Source: an uncultured Clostridia bacterium
GTDB lineage: Bacteria; Bacillota; Clostridia; TANB77; CAG-508
Direction of reading: 5' to 3'
Length of the DNA stretch: 64,000 nucleotides
Assembly (NCBI GenBank): GCA_963559365.1
Contig: CAUWKC010000003.1
Location: 2,769 to 66,768 of the forward strand
Position numbers and translations under genes: made by a program. This document shows positions 29,477 to 38,016 of this stretch, in pieces. Under the pieces are notes generated by a model, which did no database searches, was not told the DNA's origin, and saw only the letters and a program-made list of their open reading frames with translations. Positions within the stretch are counted from its first letter, which is position 1, and every line of letters begins with the position of its first letter.

Positions 29477-29505
29477 ATTATATACTGAAATTTCAATTTT
29501 ATCAA
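29477..29505 (-). promoter_or_regulatory. Sigma-A promoter of the SRP RNA (TTGATA-17-TATAAT)
   Basis: Minus strand: TTGATA (29505-29500), 17 nt spacer, TATAAT (29482-29477). The predicted start is ~6-7 nt further on, at the 5' arm of the SRP helix. Confidence 0.6.
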
Positions 29506-29515
29506 GTCATTTTTA

Positions 29516-30268
29516 TTAATTATTTACTCTTTTGAAGATAAAATCTTTCATATCTGTTATTTCTCTTGATGTAGTTCCTTTTTCAATAACATCTTCAATC
29601 GGAAGTTCTAACCTTATCTCTGATTGGTATTGTATTCCACTTGCTAATTGAATGGTTAATATAAATTTCATTTTTGCTTGTAAATCTTCTATTGTTACTC
29701 CAGCTTTTTTTAATAATTCCTGATGTTTAATTTCTTCTTCATTAGAAGTATAGTTTGCTAATTTTTCATTTGAACAACGTAATGCTATTATTCCTCCTTG
29801 ATTTGAAATTTTTAATTGTTTTAGATTTGATTTCATTTCTCCAGTATAAGTCATATTTTCTATTATGTTTTCTTCTTTATTTTTAAAAATTAATTTTTCG
29901 TCTTTTTCATCTGGTTTATAAATTTTAATATTTTCTTTTTTTAAAGATTCAATTTCTATTCCACTAATATTTATTGATTGTATTGCTTCTGTTTTTCCAT
30001 AATTTTCATTTTTATCTATATACAAAAAGATATCATTATTTTGGCAAACATCAAAAGCCCATTTTGTATCTATAGCTTGTTTGTCAATTCCTTCTGATGA
30101 ACTAATTATTGATATTTTTGACAGTTGAAATGGCATATTAGTTTCTCCTTCTACTTGATAGCGTAAAATAATAACACCTGATATAAATATAAGGACAACT
30201 AAAATGATGATAATTACTACTAAATGAAAATATCTTTTATTTGTTATTGTTTTAAATTTTTCGAGCAT
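29516..30268 (-). CDS. Hypothetical membrane-anchored protein (250 aa)
   Basis: Clean ORF with an N-terminal TM (YFHLVVIIIILVVLIFISGVIIL). No recognisable motif. Confidence 0.5.
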   Translation of the reverse strand: MLEKFKTITNKRYFHLVVIIIILVVLIFISGVIILRYQVEGETNMPFQLSKISIISSSEGIDKQAIDTKWAFDVCQNNDIFLYIDKNENYGKTEAIQSINISGIEIESLKKENIKIYKPDEKDEKLIFKNKEENIIENMTYTGEMKSNLKQLKISNQGGIIALRCSNEKLANYTSNEEEIKHQELLKKAGVTIEDLQAKMKFILTIQLASGIQYQSEIRLELPIEDVIEKGTTSREITDMKDFIFKRVNN

Positions 30269-30276
30269 ATTGCCTC

Positions 30277-30744
30277 CTATTTTTTCATTTTTCTTAATTT
30301 TTTAAAAAAGCTTTTTAAAACTTCTTCACATTTTTCTTTTTCAATTCCTGTTTCTATTTCTATTGTATGATTAAAAGTATAATCTTGTAATAAATTTAAA
30401 ACAGAACCACAAGCTCCTGTTTTATCATCCATTGCTCCAATATATACTTTTCTAATTCTAGCTTGAATCATTGCTCCTGCACACATAGAACATGGTTCTA
30501 ATGTCACATACATATCACAATCTAATAGACGCCACTCTTTTAATTTTTTACTTGCTTTTTGAATTGCTATAATTTCTGCATGTTTAGTAGTATCTGTTTT
30601 TGTTTCTTTTAAATTATGAGCTCTTGCTATAATTTTACCATCTTTTACTATAACACATCCCACTGGTACTTCTAATTTCTCGGCAGCTTTTTGAGCTTCT
30701 TTAATAGCTTCTTTCATAAATTTTTTTGCTTCTATTGTTGGCAT
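30277..30744 (-). CDS. tadA: tRNA adenosine(34) deaminase
   Basis: CMP/dCMP deaminase zinc motifs HAEIIAI and PCSMCAGA. Confidence 0.9.
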   Translation of the reverse strand: MPTIEAKKFMKEAIKEAQKAAEKLEVPVGCVIVKDGKIIARAHNLKETKTDTTKHAEIIAIQKASKKLKEWRLLDCDMYVTLEPCSMCAGAMIQARIRKVYIGAMDDKTGACGSVLNLLQDYTFNHTIEIETGIEKEKCEEVLKSFFKKLRKMKK

Positions 30745-30774
30745 TTTTTCTCTTACCTTTTCTTTTTTAATTTA

Positions 30775-30850
30775 TGGTGTGCCTAGAGGGAATTGAACCC
30801 TCATCTACCGCTTAGGAGGCGGTTACTCTATCCGTTTAAGCTATAGGCAC
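30775..30850 (-). tRNA. tRNA-Arg (anticodon CCU), CCA encoded
   Basis: Hand-folded cloverleaf. Acceptor stem GTGCCTA/TAGGCAC, T arm GAGGG-TTCAATT-CCCTC, anticodon stem ACCGC/GCGGT with loop CU-CCU-AA, and 3' ACCA. Confidence 0.85.
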
Positions 30851-30920
30851 AAATTGCTAAAAAAATTATACTATATATATTTTTAAATATCAAGAAAATT
30901 TAATATTTTCATTGTTTTAT

Positions 30921-31085
30921 TCAAAATTTATCATAACAATCTTTTCCATCAATAAAACCTAATAAATAAATCTTTTTTACACATTGATAATGTTTTTTTA
31001 TATATGAAAGCTCGCTTTTCGTAAATAATTTTTCGTTTTCTTTAATTCTTTTTTTAATAAAACCACTTAAAGTTGTATTTTTCAT
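30921..31085 (-). CDS. Possible small protein (54 aa)
   Basis: My translation is MKNTTLSGFIKKRIKENEKLFTKSELSYIKKHYQCVKKIYLLGFIDGKDCYDKF*. It has only a weak RBS (GAAGGG). Confidence 0.25.
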   Translation of the reverse strand: MKNTTLSGFIKKRIKENEKLFTKSELSYIKKHYQCVKKIYLLGFIDGKDCYDKF

Positions 31086-31117
31086 AAAATAAAACCCTTC
31101 TTTCGTATAAAAATCGT

Positions 31118-31146
31118 TTGACTTTCACACTCAAAAAGGTTATACT
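31118..31146 (+). promoter_or_regulatory. Sigma-A-type promoter (TTGACT-17-TATACT) with no protein gene downstream
   Basis: TTGACT at 31118-31123, 17 nt spacer, TATACT at 31141-31146. Confidence 0.45.
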
Positions 31147-31152
31147 AATCTT

Positions 31153-31230
31153 GTACATACTTTCGAGTGTGTATTACATTTTATGGAGATAGTAAGGTTT
31201 TGCGGTCTAGCTATCTCCTTGTTTTGTATT
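31153..31230 (+). ncRNA. Candidate small RNA (~78 nt) ending in an intrinsic terminator
   Basis: A good promoter is followed by the 8 bp hairpin GGAGATAG..CTATCTCC (31185-31218) and TTGTTTTGTATT. There is no convincing RBS or ORF, and the listed ORF 31167..31439 overlaps the opposite-strand gene. Confidence 0.3.
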
Positions 31231-31297
31231 ATACTATACCATTATTTAAATCACAAAATCCATTTTCGACAAAAAAATCCGCAATGCCTTGCAAACA

Positions 31298-31648
31298 CTA
31301 CGAAAATTTTTCTGATAAAATTCTATTTTTCAAATCATGCCACGCATTTCCACTAATATATTTTAAACTTTCCGAATTTAACAAATTATTCTCTTTAGCA
31401 TATTCATTCCATTCATTAATTGTCGGAAAACTAATATAATCTTTTGCTATACTTTTCAAATATTGAATTGATTCTATATACTGTGTCTGCATATGATTTC
31501 CTTCATGATATTGCTTCTCTTTTCGATAATATTCATTTACCAAATTATTATACTCATTACTGACATCAATTGCTTCTTCTGAATTTAGTCCATATTCTTC
31601 AATTACTTCATGCAATTTTTCTCTTAATTTTTCAAAATCGTTTATCAT
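31298..31648 (-). CDS. Hypothetical protein; N-terminal ~50 aa faintly Spo0E-like
   Basis: MINDFEKLREKLHEVIEEYGLNSEEAIDVSNEYNNLVNEY has the helix-loop-helix pattern of Spo0E-family phosphatases. This is an uncertain assignment. Confidence 0.45.
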   Translation of the reverse strand: MINDFEKLREKLHEVIEEYGLNSEEAIDVSNEYNNLVNEYYRKEKQYHEGNHMQTQYIESIQYLKSIAKDYISFPTINEWNEYAKENNLLNSESLKYISGNAWHDLKNRILSEKFS

Positions 31649-31926
31649 TTGTGTAACCAACCTCTTCTTATTTTTTCTCTTTTTATCACATTTTTATAAA
31701 AAATGGTAGGCACTAAAAATGTCAGTTTTTGTATTTTTTCGTAGAATTGCTATTATTTATTAGTAACAAATCATATTAACTTATCCATATAAAATTTTAT
31801 GATTTTCTAACTGCAAGTATACACAACATATAGTTGTTTGTCAATAGTTTTTCGTACAATTTGTTCTTTGTAATTTACAATTTGAACTAATTGTAGTATA
31901 ATCAAAAACGAAAGGATGGATTTTCC

Positions 31927-32259
31927 ATGAATCGATTAAAACAATTAAGATTAGAAAAAAATTTATTACAATCTGACATCGCAAAAATCATCAACAAAAG
32001 TGACCGAGCCGTTGGACAATACGAAAGAGAAGAAAGAGACCCAAGTTCTGAAACTTGGACTATTTTAGCTGATTATTTCGATGTTTCTTTAGACTATCTT
32101 CTTGGAAAATCAGACATTAGAAATGCCAACAACTTAGATGACATTGATATCGCTTTTGCAAGTGGCATACGAGGACTTACCAAAGAAAATCAAGAAATTG
32201 CTAAAAATATCATTGAAGGACTTTTAGCAAAACAACAAAAAGAAGAAAAAAAAGAATAA
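31927..32259 (+). CDS. XRE-family helix-turn-helix transcriptional regulator
   Basis: LKQLRLEKNLLQSDIAKIINKSDRAVGQYEREERDPSSETWTILADYFDVSLDYLLG is a classic Cro/C1 HTH. Confidence 0.85.
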   Translation: MNRLKQLRLEKNLLQSDIAKIINKSDRAVGQYEREERDPSSETWTILADYFDVSLDYLLGKSDIRNANNLDDIDIAFASGIRGLTKENQEIAKNIIEGLLAKQQKEEKKE

Positions 32260-32277
32260 TTGCCATAAAGGAGCTAC

Positions 32278-32697
32278 ATGGAAACAAACGATTTATACAA
32301 AATAATCGAAAAAGAAAAAATTCATTATTGTAACCACAACCTATATGCTACTAATGGCATGATAGCACATTATAAAGACATTACTGCCATAATAGTAGAC
32401 GACAACAAAGTAAAAGGACAAGTAGCAGAAAACACCGTACTTATCCAAGAATTAGGACATTATATGGCAGGTGCATATTATCGCACGAACAGTCACTGTG
32501 AGTTAATTTCAAAAATGGAATACAAAGCAGATAAAAAAGCTTGGGAAACCTTTTTCCCTTATACAGAAATCAAACAACTCATGAAACATGGACTAACAAC
32601 TGCAACACAATTAGCAGAACACTATCAAGTGGAACCTCCTTACATGGCAAGATGTCTCAACTATTATTACAAAAAATACAATGGGTTTTACTCTTAA
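32278..32697 (+). CDS. ImmA/IrrE-like protein with a degenerate metalloprotease motif
   Basis: Located directly after the XRE gene. The motif region LIQELGHYMAG has QELGH where HExxH is expected. Confidence 0.5.
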   Translation: METNDLYKIIEKEKIHYCNHNLYATNGMIAHYKDITAIIVDDNKVKGQVAENTVLIQELGHYMAGAYYRTNSHCELISKMEYKADKKAWETFFPYTEIKQLMKHGLTTATQLAEHYQVEPPYMARCLNYYYKKYNGFYS

Positions 32698-32728
32698 TAT
32701 AAAAATCAAAAGGAAGTAGTGATATAAA

Positions 32729-33436
32729 ATGCAAAGAATATTAAGTCATATGAGAAAAGCAATCGAAGAATATAAAATGATAGAAAACGGCGATAAAATC
32801 GCTGTTTGTTTATCTGGTGGAAAAGATTCAATTACTATGTTACAAGCCTTTAAAACTTTACAAAGATTTTATCCAAAAACTTTTAGTATTATCGCCATTA
32901 GTATAGATCCAGGTTTTGAATTCTTTAATACTAAACTTTTAAAAGAAATTTGCGATTCCCTTGAAATTCCTTTATTCATTGGAAAAAGCAATGCAAAAGA
33001 AATTGTATTTGATATAAGAAAAGAAAAAAATCCATGTTCACTTTGTGCTAATTTACGTAGAGGTGTAATCAACTCAATAGCAATTGAACAAGGCTGTAAT
33101 AAAATTGCACTTGGGCACAACCAAGATGATGTTTTAGAAACTTTTTTATTAAACCTTTTCTATACTGGAAGCATTAATACCTTTTCACCCATTAGCTATA
33201 TGGATCGTTCTAAAATAACATTAATTAGACCTCTCATTTACACCCCAGAAAAAGAAATTCGAAGATTTATACGAAAAAATAATATTGAAGTTATGCCTAA
33301 AGTATGTCCAATGGATGGTACATCTAAAAGAGAAGATATGAAACAATTTATTTTTAACTTAACCAAAAGTATTCCTATGATTCGTGCTAACCTATTCGGC
33401 GCAATTCAAAGAAACCTAAATGATTGGAAAAAATGA
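32729..33436 (+). CDS. ttcA: PP-loop ATPase, tRNA 2-thiocytidine biosynthesis TtcA family
   Basis: CLSGGKDS PP-loop, CSLCANLRRG, ALGHNQDD, CPMDG. Confidence 0.8.
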   Translation: MQRILSHMRKAIEEYKMIENGDKIAVCLSGGKDSITMLQAFKTLQRFYPKTFSIIAISIDPGFEFFNTKLLKEICDSLEIPLFIGKSNAKEIVFDIRKEKNPCSLCANLRRGVINSIAIEQGCNKIALGHNQDDVLETFLLNLFYTGSINTFSPISYMDRSKITLIRPLIYTPEKEIRRFIRKNNIEVMPKVCPMDGTSKREDMKQFIFNLTKSIPMIRANLFGAIQRNLNDWKK

Positions 33437-33464
33437 GACAATTAGGACTGTCCCAATTGTCTCA
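33434..33464. repeat. Palindromic intergenic repeat unit, copy 4
   Basis: tgagacaattaggactgtcccaattgtctca. It supplies the TGA stop of ttcA and, on the other strand, the last six codons (RQLGQS*) of the phosphoglucomutase gene. Confidence 0.75.
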
Positions 33465-35172
33465 ACATAGACTCTTTTAAATCTTTTAATTTTTCATCTG
33501 CCTCTTTTTCTGTTTTCCCTTTAATTCCCATATATAATTTTATTTTTGGCTCTGTTCCTGATGGTCTTATACAACACCAAGCATTATCTTCTAATTCATA
33601 ATATAAAACATTAGATTCTGGTAGTCCTGTTTTGCTCGTTTCTCCTGTTTTCATATTTTTTACAATGTCTTTTTGTATATCCTTAAAAGTTAATACTTGA
33701 TATTCTCCTATGTTTGTAATTTCTTTATTTCTCATTTTTGTCATCATTTCTTTAATTTCTTGGGCTCCTTGAGCTCCTTCTTTAATTATTGATACTTGCG
33801 CTTCTTTATAGTATCCATATTTTTCATAAATATCTATCATTGCATCCCATAAGGTTTTTCCATGTGCTTGATAATAACATGCTGCTTCACAAAGAGCCAT
33901 TACTGCTGCAATTCCGTCTTTGTCTCTTGCATAATCTCCAATTAAACAACCATAGCTTTCTTCATAACCAAATACATAAGTTTTATCTTTGTTTTCTTCT
34001 GCCTTTTTCATAATTGCTCCGATATTTTTAAATCCTGTTAATACTTCTATACATTCTAAGTTATAATTTTTTGCTATTGCTTTTGCTAATTCAGATGATA
34101 CTATTGTTGTTATAAACATCCCATCTTTTGGTAAAATACCTTTTTCCTTCATTTGAGAAATTCTATATTCTGCAATTAATAATGCTGACATATTTCCTGT
34201 GTATGTCATATATTCTCCTGTTTTTACATCTTTTGCAAAAATCCCTAAACGATCTGCATCTGGATCAGTAGCCAACACTACATCTGCTTCTACTTTTTTT
34301 GCTAATTCTAATGCTAGCTTAAATGCTTTTGGATCTTCTGGGTTTGGATAGTCTACAGTTGGAAAGTTTCCGTCTGGCTCTTTTTGTTCTGGTACAACAT
34401 AAACATTTTCTAATCCTAATTCTTTTAGAAGCTTTTCAGTTATAGTATTTCCTGTTCCATGTAATGGTGTATATACCACCTTTAATTTTTTTCCTTGTTC
34501 TTTCATAACTTCAGGATTTAAAACTGCATCTTTTAAAACTGCTAAATATTTATCATCCATTTCTGTTCCGATTATTTTTAACAATCCTTTTTCTATTGCT
34601 TCTTCTTTAGTCATTTCTTTAATGTCACTAAATTTTTCTACTTCTCTTACTTTACCAATAATATCTTTGTCTCTTGGTGATACAATTTGTGCTCCATCAT
34701 CCCAATATACTTTATAACCATTATATTTAGGTGGATTGTGGCTTGCTGTAATCATTACTCCTGCTGTACATTTTAATTCTCTTATTGCAAAAGATAATTC
34801 TGGTACTGGTCTTAAATTTTCGAATAAATAAGCTTTTATACCATTTGCACAAAAAATCAAAGCTGTTTGCAAACTGAATTCCTTTGACATTTTTCTCGAA
34901 TCATAACTGATTGCTACTCCTTTTTCTTGTGTTCCTTGTTCTAAGATATAATTTGCTAATCCTTGGGTTGCTTTTCCTACAGTATATTTATTCATACGGT
35001 TAGTACCTGCTCCAATTATTCCTCTTAATCCCGCTGTTCCAAATTCTAATTCTTTATAAAATCTGTCTTCTATTTCTTCTTTATTTTCTTTGATTTCTTG
35101 TAATTCTTTTTTTGTTTGTTTATCAAATTCTGAACTTTCGCACCATTTTTGATATTCTTCTAAATAATTCAT
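33442..35172 (-). CDS. Phosphoglucomutase/phosphomannomutase family protein
   Basis: MITASHNPPKYNGYKV active-site loop, DPDADRLG metal site, GYEESYG. Confidence 0.85.
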   Translation of the reverse strand: MNYLEEYQKWCESSEFDKQTKKELQEIKENKEEIEDRFYKELEFGTAGLRGIIGAGTNRMNKYTVGKATQGLANYILEQGTQEKGVAISYDSRKMSKEFSLQTALIFCANGIKAYLFENLRPVPELSFAIRELKCTAGVMITASHNPPKYNGYKVYWDDGAQIVSPRDKDIIGKVREVEKFSDIKEMTKEEAIEKGLLKIIGTEMDDKYLAVLKDAVLNPEVMKEQGKKLKVVYTPLHGTGNTITEKLLKELGLENVYVVPEQKEPDGNFPTVDYPNPEDPKAFKLALELAKKVEADVVLATDPDADRLGIFAKDVKTGEYMTYTGNMSALLIAEYRISQMKEKGILPKDGMFITTIVSSELAKAIAKNYNLECIEVLTGFKNIGAIMKKAEENKDKTYVFGYEESYGCLIGDYARDKDGIAAVMALCEAACYYQAHGKTLWDAMIDIYEKYGYYKEAQVSIIKEGAQGAQEIKEMMTKMRNKEITNIGEYQVLTFKDIQKDIVKNMKTGETSKTGLPESNVLYYELEDNAWCCIRPSGTEPKIKLYMGIKGKTEKEADEKLKDLKESMLRQLGQS

Positions 35173-35220
35173 TTTATCCCTTCCTTTAAATATAATTAAT
35201 CTTTAGGACTTATTTATATT

Positions 35221-36471
35221 TTAATCTATTTTATAAAATTTTTTATATAATTCTCTAGCTGTTTTTGGGCAGTCTACTCCTGCTTCGTCTGAATTTTTTA
35301 CTGGTGCAAATTCTTCTTCTCTTTTTACTCGCAATACTGCCATCTCATCTACTACACCAAAAGCATCAAATAGAAAAGCTTCAAATTTATATGCATTTGG
35401 TGAATCTGGTATTATTAAATTTCCATCTTTATCTAAGTAGGTCGCTTTTTTATAAGCTACATGATATGGTAATGGTGTTTCTCCCATTCTTTCTATTGCG
35501 TTTAAATTAAATAAGTTACAAAGAATATGAGCTTCTCCATATAATAATTCACCTTCTTTGTCACGTGCTTCTGCCATTTCTTCTGTTATTTCTGAATATT
35601 CAATTACATTTGGTTTTCCATTTCTTTTACAAAATACTCCTACTTTTTCTTGTGGATTTGCTTTTACTACAGATTTACATGCAACTGTTACTTGTTTGTC
35701 AATAGCAATTCCCATTAATACAGGGTCTACCATTTTTACTAAACAGTTGTCTACTCCTCCTATGAATACCCATTCTATTCCCATTTGCCTCATTTTTTGT
35801 GTCATACCACTTTTCACAAGTGATTCGTAAATTCCTCCATGTCCATCTGCTGCTTGTTTTATAAGACCATCTTCTCCAATTAATATTTTTCCTTCTGTGT
35901 CTGTCATTGGTAATTCGCCTTGAATAAAGAAAAAGATGTTTTTGTCTTTTTCATAACCAAAATATTTATGTTTTTCAAAAAATTCGATTGTTGCTTTATT
36001 GTTTTCTCTACTTGTCATTATAAACCATGGAATTGTTACTCCATATTTTTTTCCTTCTTCTTTTAGGTTGTCACATAATAATTCAAATAAAGATTTATGT
36101 GTGTTTAATCCAATATCATATGTTCCTTTTGGACCATCATGTCCTAATCTTGTTCCTTGTCCTCCTGCCATTGTTACTGCTGCTAATTTGCCTTCTTTTA
36201 TTTCTTTTTTCCCTATGTTTTCGTAATGCTTATAGTCATCATATAATTTATATTTGTCTAAATATTCTATTGGAGTAATTACGTCTTGCTTTTGTTTTAC
36301 TTCTTTTTTTGTATGTTCATATATTTGGTTTATTAATTCAAAGTTAATGTTTTCTATTTGTTGTAATAATTCTTTTTTATGTGTATCATCTAATGTTTCA
36401 TAATGGTTTAGCAAATGTTCTTGCCCATATTTTTTTAATGTGCTTTTCCATTTTTCTGCTTTTATATCCAT
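35221..36471 (-). CDS. UDP-sugar pyrophosphorylase (UDPGP family, eukaryote-like UAP/USP type)
   Basis: MAGGQGTRLGHDGPKGTYDIGL.., WFIMTS, AADGHGGIY and similar motifs. Confidence 0.75.
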   Translation of the reverse strand: MDIKAEKWKSTLKKYGQEHLLNHYETLDDTHKKELLQQIENINFELINQIYEHTKKEVKQKQDVITPIEYLDKYKLYDDYKHYENIGKKEIKEGKLAAVTMAGGQGTRLGHDGPKGTYDIGLNTHKSLFELLCDNLKEEGKKYGVTIPWFIMTSRENNKATIEFFEKHKYFGYEKDKNIFFFIQGELPMTDTEGKILIGEDGLIKQAADGHGGIYESLVKSGMTQKMRQMGIEWVFIGGVDNCLVKMVDPVLMGIAIDKQVTVACKSVVKANPQEKVGVFCKRNGKPNVIEYSEITEEMAEARDKEGELLYGEAHILCNLFNLNAIERMGETPLPYHVAYKKATYLDKDGNLIIPDSPNAYKFEAFLFDAFGVVDEMAVLRVKREEEFAPVKNSDEAGVDCPKTARELYKKFYKID

Positions 36472-36512
36472 CTTTATCTCCCTTTCTTTTTCCCCTTATT
36501 TTTTTCACGACT

Positions 36513-36541
36513 AAAAACAGATAATTTTATTATCTGTTTTT
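36513..36541. terminator. Hairpin terminator (AAAAACAGATAA-N5-TTATCTGTTTTT)
   Basis: Perfect 12 bp arms with flanking T/A runs, between the genes ending at 36580 and starting at 36471. Confidence 0.6.
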
Positions 36542-36579
36542 ATTTATACACTACTTTTTAAAATTTATCAACCCATTTT

Positions 36580-37053
36580 CTATATTTTCTCTATTTCCTT
36601 TTCTCCTGTTATTTTTAAAATTTTTGAATATTTGTTGATAATTTTTTCTAAGTTCTCTCCTATTTCTTCCATTGCATAACAATCTATAATTTTTACTTTT
36701 TGTTTTTCTGGAATCCATCTTTCTATGTTTTGGTGTATGTTATGTATATAGTTTTCTCTTCCTTTAATGAAAATTGTTAGTTCTTTTTCTTCTTTTATTT
36801 TTTCTTTCATTTTTTTGAATTTTTCTAAGTCATTGTTTTTCCAATTTAAATTTATTATTTGTTGCTTTTTTTCTTCTTTGAAATTTGTACTTTTTAATAC
36901 TTTTTGCATTGTTTCTTCTAAATTGTTTTCTGTTAGAATTATTACTTCTTCTTTTTCTCCCATCTTTTTATCTATATATGGTAAACTCATCATTTCAAAA
37001 TGATAGTCACTGGCATAAAATGCACAGATTTTTTCTTTTGTGTTTTTATTCAT
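36580..37053 (-). CDS. Hypothetical protein (157 aa)
   Basis: Clean ORF with no recognisable motif. Confidence 0.45.
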   Translation of the reverse strand: MNKNTKEKICAFYASDYHFEMMSLPYIDKKMGEKEEVIILTENNLEETMQKVLKSTNFKEEKKQQIINLNWKNNDLEKFKKMKEKIKEEKELTIFIKGRENYIHNIHQNIERWIPEKQKVKIIDCYAMEEIGENLEKIINKYSKILKITGEKEIEKI

Positions 37054-37211
37054 TTGAATTTCTCCCCTTTAACTTCAAAATTATACGGAAAATCAAGTTT
37101 GTTGTTTTCTGATTACTGGTAAATTTTACCATTTGTTTACAAATATGTCAATATTATTTCAAAGAAAATTCATCTTGTTTTTTCGACATTTTGAATTTTT
37201 CTCCATTTTTA

Positions 37212-37240
37212 GTATAAATTTTTTAAAATGGTTAATAATT
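37212..37240 (+). promoter_or_regulatory. Candidate sigma-F-like promoter upstream of spoIIR
   Basis: GTATA (37212-37216), 13 nt, then GGTTAATAAT. This resembles the GTATA / GGnnAnAHTR forespore consensus, but the spacer is ~2 nt short. Confidence 0.25.
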
Positions 37241-37271
37241 AATATTAAAGATTATTTTTGGAGGTAAACAT

Positions 37272-37913
37272 ATGAAAAAAAATTTAAAAATGATTGTTAT
37301 TTTGGCTTTTCTTCTTTTTATTTACACTTCTATTTGTGCTATTTCTTATGCGGAAAATATTTCTTATAATCTTTCTGATAATATGTTTCGTTTACATGTT
37401 TTAGCTAATAGTGATAGTGAAGAAGATCAAGCTTTGAAATATAAAGTTCGCGATTCGTTATTAAGTTACATGAATTCTCTTTGTGTAAATTGTAAAACAA
37501 AACAAGAAGCTATTAGCTTAGTAGAGAAAAACAAATATACTTTTGAACAAATAGCAAAAAATACAATCAAAGAACAAGGTTATTCTTATCCTGTAACTAT
37601 TAATATTGGAAATTTCGAATTTCCTACAAAAACTTATGGTGATATTTCACTTCCTGCTGGTTATTATGATGCTTTACGTGTAGAAATTGGAGAAGCAAAA
37701 GGACAAAATTGGTGGTGTGTGATGTTCCCTCCTTTATGTTTTGTAGATATTTCTTCTGGTGTTGTACCAGATGAGTCAAAAAAATGGATGGAAGACAATT
37801 TATCAGAAGAAGAATTTGCTCTTATTTCAGACCAATCAGATAATCAAATTAAGTTTAAGTTTAAATTATTGGAATTTTTTAATAAATCTGGTCTAATAAC
37901 TGCAAAAAAATAG
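37272..37913 (+). CDS. spoIIR: Stage II sporulation protein R
   Basis: FRLHVLANSDSEEDQALKYKVRD.., NWWCVMFPPLCF are SpoIIR signatures. Confidence 0.85.
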   Translation: MKKNLKMIVILAFLLFIYTSICAISYAENISYNLSDNMFRLHVLANSDSEEDQALKYKVRDSLLSYMNSLCVNCKTKQEAISLVEKNKYTFEQIAKNTIKEQGYSYPVTINIGNFEFPTKTYGDISLPAGYYDALRVEIGEAKGQNWWCVMFPPLCFVDISSGVVPDESKKWMEDNLSEEEFALISDQSDNQIKFKFKLLEFFNKSGLITAKK

Positions 37914-38016
37914 TTGCAATTAGATGTACTTTGTGATATATATAAAAATAGAAAAAGAGTGTTATGTTTAATACACTCTTTTTGATTGGAAACATACAAT
38001 AATGGAGGTTATTGAA

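Noticed and set aside
31167-31439. 90-aa + strand ORF, and a 58-codon ORF starting at ATG 31183
   Set aside because: Neither has a ribosome-binding site. Both read through a strong terminator hairpin and overlap the convergent gene 31298-31648. The region is better explained as a small RNA.
30851-32700. tRNA-Arg-adjacent region as an integrated element
   Set aside because: The accessory-looking genes lie on the 5' side of the tRNA, whereas integration normally targets the 3' end. There is no integrase, and I could not find a direct repeat of the tRNA end.
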